Shown in pieces: positions 22,301-34,300 of a stretch of 64,000 bases of DNA. Source of the stretch: Tubulanus polymorphus. Its lineage: Eukaryota; Animalia; Nemertea. The stretch is taken from positions 23,432,345 through 23,496,344 of the forward strand of contig NC_134028.1 in NCBI RefSeq assembly GCF_964204645.1, in the 5' to 3' direction. The notes beneath the pieces are model-generated. The model worked only from the letters and a program-made list of their open reading frames with translations. It had not been told where the DNA came from and did not search any database. The position numbers were made by a program, and so were the translations under genes. Every line of letters begins with the position of its first letter. Within the stretch, counting starts at the first letter, position 1.

Positions 22301-25300
22301 TACCTCGCGGAAGAATCTTCGTAGTAATCAATGTTTCGTTTTTCCGGGCCGTATATTGATAGGCCTTAAATATGTATGAGGCCGAGATCTAGGTTGTTTT
22401 TACCAAACGTCTGATCATTCAACGCGTTAGACAGACCATACAATGACAGGGGTGGATCCAGGGGCCAGTTGTACAGTCGTGACTTAAGACCAAAAGTAGT
22501 CTTAAATCTTAAGACTGGTCTTAAGTTGTTAGATTGGCTATAGAACTAAATTGGTCTTAGACTGGTCTTAAATCTAAGTCATGACTGTGCAACTGGCCTC
22601 AGGGGCCGGTTCCTCAGTTGAGACTTAAGTCCAAAAATGGTCTTAAATTCTTAGACTGGTCTTAAGTTGTTAGATTGGTTATAGAACTAACATGGTCTTA
22701 AATTGGTCTTAAGTCTAAGCCATGACTATGGAACCGGCCCAAGGGGCTTAGCAGGAGCACAAAGAATTAAAAGCGGTATACTATTAAAAATGGGCCAGTT
22801 TACACACAGGATCCACAGAGGAAGTTAAAATGTGAAATGTTGGATATTTTTGGAAATTTCAGTGAATTTTTATACCAAACGCGTTTATCGGCCCAAATCT
22901 TCTGCAACTGCTCTAATATGGTTGCAATGCCGTTCTTTTTAAGGCGCAGCAAAATTGCGACTGGGACGCGTGTTCCTTGTGTATACCCGTCTGGATCCAC
23001 CCAATGACCTATCGACGAAGAATATGGTTGCCGTGAGATGATGCTAATAGCGTTAATAACCTTTGAAATAAGATAACAGCCGTTTCACTGTTAATTCAAT
23101 TGTCTCCGGGATATCTTGGAGAGTTTATAATGCGGTGGAGTTTATACATCTTGTTGTTGTGGGAAAGGTTCCCAGTCATCAAGTGAATCCGTCGATGTGT
23201 AGAGTATTGTTCGCGTTACTGTTTTCTTGTTTCTGTTCGATGTTTTTGTCTGTTACGAGACTCGTCGATTCCCAGTTCGCTACGTGAGAAATATAAGACA
23301 ACATTGCTTTTATAACAGTCTATTGAGAGAACCACCCCTTAGTCTTAGTACTTATCTCTTATTCATCGGGCGCTGAGAAGTTATTTGCGCATTAGACTGA
23401 CGTAAATTCTTGTTGTTGTTGCTCTCTCTGCTTGTTATCTATATCTATCGAAATAAAGAAAATCTTAATGATCATTTTATGCACGTTCGCTTGAATTCTC
23501 AAAGTCGACTTCGACGAAATTGATGAAATACCAATTTGATGCGACTTACATGGCTTCGATGAGGCGCACGGATAAGACTCAATACATGTTGATTTAACAT
23601 CAGCCAGATTCTGCACGACTGTTGAGATTATCGCTACTTGCTATCCGGTGAAATTCCTCATTATCACCGGCGCGTGCTTGTCAATGTAGCAGGTATACAA
23701 CATAAATGACCTATTCTCTTCGTTTTTGTAAAAGAAAAAAGATATTCAATATGCTGGCTTCGCTTGGCTCTCTCTTTAAAGCAGTTGTAAGCCATCAAAG
23801 ATCAGGACCACCCGATGAAGCCGACAGTCTAATGATTTCATTTTGTCAACAAGACACAATCATTAGTCGTAAATTCAGCCGTCAGCAAATACAGAAGATG
23901 GAATCGTCTTTGCCGCTACGATGGATGGTTAGTTTGTAACGGACGTGCGGTTCATGCCAACAAGTTGTGACTGATGATAATATGGTGCTCCGTTAGCTGC
24001 TGGCAATAGAGACTCCTCAACATGTAATAATGAATCACCCGGTCATTGATAAAGCAAAGGGGAAAAGATTCACAATCTACGCCTGGTTTGAGATGTTAAT
24101 TGTAGGGTGATTACCAACATCATGGTTGTAAGACACATTTTCAAGTTACTTCATGAACAGCGCGAACGTAACCGCCATTACCGGAAGTGATTCAATATAC
24201 TTTCTCGTGGACAGTGCGATGTAAAACGCGTATTTCTCCACGTCTATTTATCGAAGATCACTGTCCCAGCCCCACGATTTTGTATCAGCTGAAATTTCAT
24301 TTTCATCACCTTCCGTATACTCATACCATTTCTCCATAGCCCTCTGCTAATTCCGTTCCTGTCATAATAGATTTCTATCATATTCAATGAAATATGCAAG
24401 ACTACAAACACTCTAGTTAGTTCGATCGTTCGCTTGTGATTCTTACGAATTCCCGATGCGGATTGATGAGAATTTATCCATCGAGCAGATTAATTGTAAA
24501 GCACATGATCCAACCTCGATCGGTCACATCCGGTCCGGAGACAAACCGATGACTGATTTCATTGGCGGTCATATGATTGTTCTGGCGAAGTGTGAAAGGT
24601 AATATGATTTGATTTTCTGCTGTGACTGGCGATATATTTACTCACGCTGATCATGTGTGCCATGTGTACCATAGGCACCATTGGGGGAGGAATTCCGAAT
24701 CATGTGATTGATTTGATTGTGTTGACGTGAACGAATGGCGAAGGGGCAAACAAGCCCACGGCACCCTCAAGTTTTGACGGCATATCCGTTTACATCGCTG
24801 TTGAATAAAAAGATTTCCCATTCTCTCCAGTTCTGCGCTGTTTTACTCACAGACAACTCGTTAAAACTTTAACGAAGCGAGATTTTTTTTATCTTCGCGC
24901 TTCAAGAACCGTCAGTAATGGATCGTTAAATAAACAAACTTTTCTATTCAAGATGTTAACTATCAACCAAAAAACGCCGATTTCAATCTTGAAACCTGTT
25001 GCAAATTTACTACGTTACATATTGCGCGTTATAACTGTTTTATTTTCACCTGGTTGGAAACGCTATCGAGCTTCTTTGTGTATCTTTGCGTTCTTTAAGA
25101 AACGATAACGAAATCACTGTCGCATCGGTTTGGTCTCAACACTACCGAAAGATACGGTTCTAAATTCGATGCTTACATCTTGCCGGGGGTTTTGTCTATG
25201 CGCGTATACACGGAGATCGCCTGCCTCAAAGCGCAGTTTATCTAACCGAATAAACGGAAGATAAAACTTGAGTTTTCTGTGACAGGTGACTCCGTCATTT

Positions 25301-28300
25301 GCAGGTAATTCGGAAAAATACTGGGTGACATTTCTGAGACAGAACTTTATCTCACTGAGAGGCTAAACGGTATAGTTACCGTAATCGTTGTTAACAAGGT
25401 ATTTTTCCACATTGATTTCGGGCTATGCAAACACGAATGAATGCGTGTATAATGCTTTAATGGACAGTTGTCGCAAATTCAGTTTGTCATTAGAAAAAGC
25501 TCCTCAGACATGGATTTATGTGACATTTCTGAGACGGAACTATCTCACTGAGAGGCAAAACGGTATAGTTACACCGTAATCGTTGTTAACAAGGTATTTT
25601 TTTCACATAGATTTGGCGCTATGCAAACACGAATGAATGCGTGTAAAATGCTTTAATGGACAGTCGTCGCAAATTCAGTTTGTCAGTAGAAAAAGCTCCT
25701 CAGACATGGATTTATGATACTTTGATCTCTTCTCTTTTGTTCGGATCGAAAAATCGGTTCAAATCTCGAGACAAAAAGTGGATTTTGCTCCAAAGCCCTG
25801 TATAGAGTATGTTCGTTATCCTGGTTATAGCCAGGGGTAATCATCTACTTCAAGGTTATATGGTTAAACCTGGCTCTGTCTGGTCTTACGTATTTTCGGT
25901 ATCGGCAGTTGAAACGGTGTATTTCCAGCGCATTGATCATTCTGACGAAGTATCAATTTATGGAGCATCTTTGATAGCTCAATCTTACATGTCGGGTCGG
26001 ATGTAAGGTGTTGTATATACTAAACGCGTTAAACTGATAATTACTCGGGTTATCTGAAACTGCTGCTAATGGCTGGTGCTAATGGTTGTAATTCAGCCCA
26101 TAAACCTCAAATAGGTTTGCAGGAGAGTTCAAATCCACGTTGTTGAAATCGGCGTTTGCCAGAATTTTACGAAATGAATCCAATACGACATTCACACCTC
26201 GAATGTCGAAGGACGAATGTCGAAGCTCGGTAATTGATGTCGCAATTAGAACTGCAGACGATATGCCCCGAGACTATCGGAATTATTTGCGGCGTCATTA
26301 TGGACCCGCGGTTATATAGACTGTAAAAGATAACTTGTAATTGGTCGATATCTATACAAACAGAATACACCACCGGTTCCAGTCTCTGATCAGGCAGATG
26401 AAAGGCTTGCTGAGTGATAGATTTCCCGAGTTCAAAGCCATGCAAAACGCTTGTCACTCCGAGCTATTCACCGAGCTAAGCTATACATCCATGATACGAT
26501 ACATGAACATCTTCCAATACGTAATAGTTCTATTACTGCTATTGGATATCTATTTATGATATAAACAACGTTTTTCCTTATGATGCGTTAAAACTGAAAT
26601 ATTTATTACACGTTGAATCTTACGTGTGGAATTTAATCAGAAGAATTAATAAGCCATAAATTTACTTCAATGTGACATTTTTGGCATGGCGAACTACTTA
26701 TTCACTGATTGCCTCGCTAGCCGCATCTTTATGACCATCTGAACGTCGTAAAACCGACATAAACTATCTGTTACGGTCAATCCGACGTTTACTTAGCGAA
26801 CTGTTACAAACAAGATATCACAAGAGACAAAACGACATCATCAACAAGCGTCAAAATACTGCTTTCTTTGTCGGTACTTAACGATGTGTGTAACATTGTA
26901 ACATTACTCGGACGCGCGCAATATCACTAATTAGGCAGCATTCTTTATACGGCTCGCTTTTTACATTCTACATTACAGGTTGAGACGTTCATTCGTAAAA
27001 AGATTTAAAAAAAAAACACTACATTTTCACAATTAAAGACAATCGATTTCGTAACAGGCCTGGATCGATATCTCGATTCGTGGAGTCTTTCCAGGATATA
27101 ACCGACAGGGCCTCACCAAGTAAGGCCACTGTAAGAAACAAGTCCATCCGATCGGCGAAGTTCACATCGTTTCATCTGTCTACCGGGCTTTCGTAACACG
27201 CGCCATTACTTCCAAGTTCAAATCGTTATCAATCTTATTAGAACAATTCCTTGAGTAATTTCCCTTCGAAATACAGCGCCGTAAAAGCGAAATTAATCGA
27301 GTATAACCAGCACGAGCAGATGTTTATTGCTGACGCAAACGAACCTTATAACGATAGGATGCAATTTGCGAATAATCGGAGCAATCCTATTCGCGCCGAC
27401 ACGATTGAAAAACAACGTTAAAAACGCACGTGATAACAAATCACGTTATGGTAAAACGAAGATCAAATTTCTACGAAATATGTTAATTTACATTCAGAAA
27501 TTTTTTATCGCTGCCGTTCTGTTGTTTTTGTTCTTGCAGACTCGGCACTCTCACGTTCACGAAAAAGTATATAAAGAAAACTCATGTTTTCCACGCGTTC
27601 TCGACGTGAGTTGTGTCAGAAACGACCGATACGAGTTGTTTTCTGCAGAGCTTCAGTGTCAACTTATGCAGATAATGCGGATCGATTTACCGACTGAGTA
27701 AACGAAACCGTTATCTTTCAATAATAAGGGAAGCATTCCACGGTATTTAGATACAAAAGATACTTTTTTCAATTAGTTTCGGTATGGCATCCTCGCTTGC
27801 CAGGGGCCCGGCATCGCCCCGAACTCCAAAGCGTAGTGGGTTCGAATCCCTTGACGGCTGATACAGTATGGGCGTATGGTTAAAAAAAATATTGGCCGAG
27901 CGTGGTATATCCTTGGTCTTGATTGGGACCCTGAGATAAAAAGGAACCGGCCAAAGAATATTCCTTGTATTATGCTGCAGGAAATTAAAACTCAATGAAC
28001 ACACAGGAAGCTTGATCACCTTGATTATTGCCTCCATCCTGCAGTGGTCCTTGCATGGTTTTTAATGGTTGATCAATATAGAAAATATACATATATACTA
28101 CAAGCGCTAGACTAATTACGAAGAAGCCCTGCGCGTGCAAATGAAATGTTGAGACTCGAAGTATAAAAGATCAACTACAGCGCCAAAGTCGACTGAAAGC
28201 TTAATAGAAAAAGTTTCGCACTTCGTCGCAAAATTCTGGGAACCGAGAACGAATCCAATGTTGCTTCTGGTATGTATTATTCAATCAGTTGTCGGTATCA

Positions 28301-31300
28301 AGAGGTTAACCTAATTATATCAATTACCCGCAGCAGTCTTCTGATGGGATGTTATCTGAAAAGTCATCAGGATGTGATTGACTGAGCCCAATATATTAAA
28401 TAATGTCAATCTTTATCAATAGTATCGCAGCGGCCGGCTCCATGGCACTTGATTTATCTCAAAATAAGATCTTCGGACAACCTGTCCTGATGGGAGAAAC
28501 CACTCGGCTCAAACGGGAATCGTCTTATGTATACGAAATGACCGCAATTTCCGCGAAGTCAAGCTGGTGATTCACTAAACTATCGCCGTAAACAACCATA
28601 ATTTTCATCTCGGATTTAATCAAGTGCTTCGTTTAGTGTCGCGGCCGATGACACTAAATCTTGCAGTTTCGGAATATCTTTCATTAGCCATGTGTTGTTT
28701 TATGTTCTAGATAAACACGACACAAATTGTCATTTTTCAAAAATAGATAACGCTATAAATCATGAATTTTATTGCTGAAATTGATGAATGAACATCTGTT
28801 CAGGGCATTTAATGGATTTCAGCCATAAAAGAGAAATGGCTCTGGAAATTATGAAAGTCGTAAAGAAAATTATGTCAGGGTCGTTTTACTGAATTGAGTT
28901 GAAAACAATGAATTGATTTAAAAGCCCGTGTCACGCGAATCTCCTATTCGTGAGGGAAAGAATTATTTTGAAAAAGGACAACAAAGAAATAATGCATTAA
29001 TAAACATTAAAAATAAGCATAATTTGAACAGTTAAAAGTCCGTGCGTGACTACTGTCGTCCGTGGACCGGAACCGTTACAAAGGATAATTGGTAAATCCG
29101 AGGATGAAATGTGAAAAGCCCGTTGGAACTGATCTAGACAGAAATGGAATATAACTGTAAAAATGATCGCAATTTTCCATTTTGTTTGCGTGCATTCAGT
29201 GAGATATTGAAGTTATAACTGGAGAGACAATTGGTTAGTTCGCGTGATCTGAAATTCCCGGTAGAATTACTGATAAAATGAAATATGGCCGTCAGACGCT
29301 CAGCTTCAAAGCCAATCGGGATTCCGATATAGTTTCACGACTTCCGAATGTCACTCTTGTTGAGCCTTATGAGATTTGTAGGCAGGATGATGCCATACCG
29401 GCCCTAATCGCGTTATTCTACATAGACTTAAATGGTGAGGCGTTCACAAAATTAACATTCCCGCGGAGAATAAAAAATAAGATATGGCGCGCGTACTTCT
29501 AAAATTTTTGCACTGAGAGTTCTGATAAGCTAATACAATTATGCCAAGGCGTTAAATGAAGACTTGCGATCGAATAAATCAAGACGATCATTAATTGATA
29601 TAGCGAAGCTGCATCTTTATTGGACATTGTGCCAACGTAACTCAAAGATTGATAACCGTTTCAGGTACTCAAATAACCGTAATTCACTTTGCGCAACGAC
29701 ACAACAACAGATTTTACGATTTGGAGACAACTGAAAGACCCTTGTTATTACATACTTCCGTTCTTTCACTGACGTCATACCATCAAGCGTACTGAAGGAT
29801 AGCGTCGGCGTTTGTGAACGAAATGTTGTGACGTCACAAGCAAATACGACCTCAAAAGCAAAACACGAGCGGGCTCGAGTCCTGGTAGATACTAACACTG
29901 TGAGGGGAACACTGTCACGTGAACTCAAATGAACAATCAAATAGGGTTAAACCAAGGGAAAAAACCCCAAAAACAAAAAAAAACAAAACAACACAAGCTG
30001 CAACTAAAAATGCACCGATATGTCCGTTCATTGAATCAGAATAGCCCGGTCTCCCAGCGGAAAACGGTCCAGAGATTCGGCCCGGGGTTATTTCCATTAT
30101 TAGGTTGTTTCCCATACGCTCGGATATCTGAGATATGTATTGGATTCAAGAGTTTGCGTTGATTGCAGGTGTATAGAGTCGGATATAAACTGCGGGAATT
30201 CGCCGAATTTCATATTAGAAAAAAAACTGGCCCCGCAGCGCATCCTTCATTCTCAAGTCGTTATATTGATTGTTATTTTCTGGTTCGGTGACGCGTCATC
30301 GCAAAATCGTCAACGCGTTATTGGAAAATATGCCACACATCAAAAAATCTCTACCCCCCAAACGACCGCGTATTCTCATCAAATCTACTACATATTGAAC
30401 GTAGTGAAAAACAACCGCATTTTTTTTCCAAGAAAGGATCGAGTATTTTGGATTAAGATAATTCGACAGCCACCTCGTCCTTATCTGGTGCATCGATCTA
30501 ATCGCGGTTTTTTCTGTCTGTTCGCTTGATTTCGATTCTCTCTAAAATCGTTTTAGTTCGATGATGGATCGTCGAATGAATATCGCGTATTCAATCATGC
30601 TGAACTCTTCTCGTAGGTTCTTTGTGAAAAAGTGTGTGACAGGTTTTTTTTCGCCGACGTGACCCGACGCGATCGACCGGGAGCAATGGCGAGCTTTTAA
30701 CTCGGTTAGCAACAAATCCCACAACATGTATAACTCGATTACTACTGCATGATTTGACCGGCTACGTCGGACCGATAGACATTTTTTCACGTCACAAATG
30801 AATTTATTTACGCTAGTTGAAGTTTTTGAACGAAGTCCCGTTCCATTGATTCGATTAAGTCCCGTTTCCGGCGGAAGTAATCAACGATCGCTAATAATAA
30901 AAGCTCGGTAAATCGAAGCGGAAAACACGCAGATAATCAGGTCAGGATCCCCGTATGAAATGGAGATCTACCAGGCGATTTGAAGATGTATATAAAACTT
31001 GAAAATTTGAATAGCTTCTTGCCGAGTGGTATGTATATACGTCATTATTACATGTATGCAAATCGTTGGACCTACGTAGTTTAAAACAAGTGCTTGTGAC
31101 GCGTTTAAAACTACCCGGATAAGTAAAATTTCCCGCTGCGAAGGATTTGCTTTTATCGCCTCCGGCGTCAAAAACTGCGTGCGCGGGAACGGCATCGATG
31201 TCGTTTAGGGAGATATACTGCATAAAACAGCGATCTTCAAAATCGACGTTATACTCCGGAAACTGATCACGCGCACTTTTCACTACATGAGGCTAATTTT

Positions 31301-34300
31301 GCAGCGAGCAGAGCGTGACAGCTACCAAAATAATTATCTCCTCTCCATTAACCGACTTATTAAGGCCAAAAAGGTACTTCATCTGCACAGCGCAACACTT
31401 CCAGTTTGAATTTAGGAATGCGTGTTCAAAGATTTGAGCCGATGTTTATTAATGGCTTGTCATAAAACGAGTAATATACCGGTATTCCACAATTACTTAC
31501 GCCGAGAATGAGAAGCATTCGATTTTTCATTTATCAGCCGAGATGCAGGCTCAATTAAAATTATATGTTGCACAGGCGGAAATTGAAGAGAAAAGAAAAC
31601 GTCACGGCGCACATTCCCATTAATTCATCATATTTGAATTAATCGATTCCGATTAATAACCGTTCGAAAAGATTGATTGAATTGAACTCTGATTCTACAA
31701 TTTCACATCTCTGAATTTATTGTTTATTTTTTTCAGTAACGATGATGTGTTGCAGCGTTTTTACTATGACCGCGATAGCGTGCGACCGTTTCTTCGCCGT
31801 CATGTTTCCTCTGAAGACCAGATCGACGACCCGAAACGTCGGTGTGATAATCACTATAATTTGGATTTTGTCGATAACTTTGGGCTTGCCGATGATTCCC
31901 GGCTATCAACTGCGACAAAGAAAGTGGAACAATAACGAGGAAAGTTTTTGTAACGAGGAGTTTGCCTGGCTGCTCTGCGAGAAGGATATTTGCGAATTTA
32001 AACGGTTGCAGACTTTGTACAGAAAGATTTACTGGATTGTAGTTTGCGCCGTAGCGAACTGGTTACCGATGGTCATTATGCAAACCGGCTATCTAGCTAT
32101 TGCAGTAGTGATGTACAGACGAAACCGAATGTTACCAAATCACCGACGAGGATCCGGGAGCAGTAAAAATACCCATTGTACCGTTCAGGAACGCTCTTTG
32201 AGAAAGGTACGTAAGTTATCATATCATTCAAAAACACTTTCAAAAGGCAAAACAATTTCAATTCTTACAATAAATATCTTTCGTGAGTGTTGCATTGTCG
32301 ATGATTGGTTCACGGATGTCAGAGCCATCGCTGATTGGCTAGCGATGATGTTGTCACAGCATACATGACGGTTTTTGTTTTATCTTCTATATGCGATATG
32401 GAATTACGTTGAATATGAATATTAATCTATTTTGGAAGCTAGTGTTCGCTTTCATACAGACAATTTCACTGTCTTAAATTATTCATCGATGTTATTTCAA
32501 GGCTTCTGTTTTACCCTGCCATAGAAAGTACATTTGTAGAAAGTACGGTTGTTTTAACATTCCGAATAATGATTTATGTATCACGGCCTCGTCGTGAGTA
32601 CGTAATGAATAGGAAATAGGAAATCCAATTCTTTCCAAAAGTATTTACAAGCAGTGGTTGAATATCTGATCTTACGTTATTGGAAATTTGATTGATGAAT
32701 AGTGAATGATGCATACTTACTACCTAAAAGATCAAAGTTAGCTTTTCTCAGTATTTCACAGCGTCCACGATATCTGAGATTCGTGGAAGCTTTGTTTTAT
32801 TGAATTAGATGTTATAGGCGGGTTTTTTTTCAACTCGCCGGATTCAGCCCGCATCGAATCATCAATGATTTATTGCTTCGCTAATGACGTAACGCCACAA
32901 ACTACTCAGACACGTATGACATATACGAAAATGAATTATTACAAATCATCTAAAAGCGGTTTCTTATATCTCAATTTTGTAAACAATTGTTTTTCCCTCG
33001 AACCTTGTGTGTGGGTGTTATTTATAATAATCCAGACGCCACTATCTGAGCTATACGAAGTTACGTCCATCGGGCAAATTGTGTTTTGTTTTCTATTTTG
33101 AAATTTTAATGAACACGCTATCAGATGCCCATCCTCATTCGTGATATCATTAATAAGGGCGCACGCACTTTAACAACGTTCTAATTGAAAAAAATGACAT
33201 CCCACGCTCCGGATATTCCCCGAACGACATCGTAAATGAAATGGATTCGTTTCTTTGCTGGCATCGGTAATTCTTTTGTCTGTATGTCTAGTATGCGTCC
33301 ATATTAGATAATGTATTACGTTTCTTAGGTCCACTGTCTGATTTAATGATAATGCATAAGTCACAGATCTTGATGGTATTGTCAAATGATTTGTATACGG
33401 TTGCATTGTCGGACACAGCCGGTATTTTACTTATCTGGTTCCTGTGTTCGGTGGATTAGCCCTAATGGACTATTTCATGTCTCGCGGAACTGTACTACGG
33501 CGCTAGGAAATTAAGAGCATTTGTCTTATGCTTTGACGACTGCTCGCTAGCTGTCTTTGTTCGATCAGATGACACGCACGACCTAGAGGAAAATAGTGGC
33601 GACATCGCTGCTTCGTAATCACGTACGCAAACAATAACAAACCAGTTAATCACCGCCAGTTTCTTGAGGGTAGAGAATCGTGTGTAGAGCATGGACTCGG
33701 AAACGAAAAAAGAATTAGACCTCTAGATATTTGATATTTTCGCACGTATTTTTCAGGTGCTGCGGATGCTATTTATAGTACTGGTTACGTTCATGTTCTG
33801 CTGGGTTCCATCCCAAATAAGTACAGTATATAGTCTATACAGACCCGACGTCGAAAAAGAGGTTTGTTCTGTTTGTAACCCGGCGTCCGAAGCCCCGAAG
33901 TTATCCTCTTTCCAAACTTTACCGAGAGAGTTCCGTATGGTTGGCCGATTGAACAATATTTTCTAGCCTTCTATATGAGAGTCATCTACAGTATTAATAC
34001 TATTTTTCCATTCATAAAATGAAAAAGAGCAGAAATATAATCAATGAATGGAATAAAGATAAGCGTAGTATCAGCTAAATGACTCGGTACACGTCATCGC
34101 GGCTTTCTAACCACTCCTGAGGGAATTCGCCCTCAGATCGATGCATTTATCAAATTGACGATATTAATATGAACAAGTATTCATCATCTCACCAATTTCG
34201 ATAACGTAGTTGGGTCACGTTCGGTAGTAATCTAAAATCCGAGGAGGAATATATCGCCAATGGCTTTCGTACGCCTGTTGAAGAATGCCGTAATTCCCTG

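Noticed and set aside
27775-27870. tRNA gene
   Set aside because: It has a B-box but no acceptor stem or cloverleaf, so it is treated as a SINE-like head. The same applies to the motifs at ~7990 and ~43830.
19324-31736. Nested protein-coding genes among the many 60-130-aa ORFs in intron 1 (likewise 41637-59364)
   Set aside because: They have no recognisable domains, mostly non-ATG starts, and lengths expected by chance.
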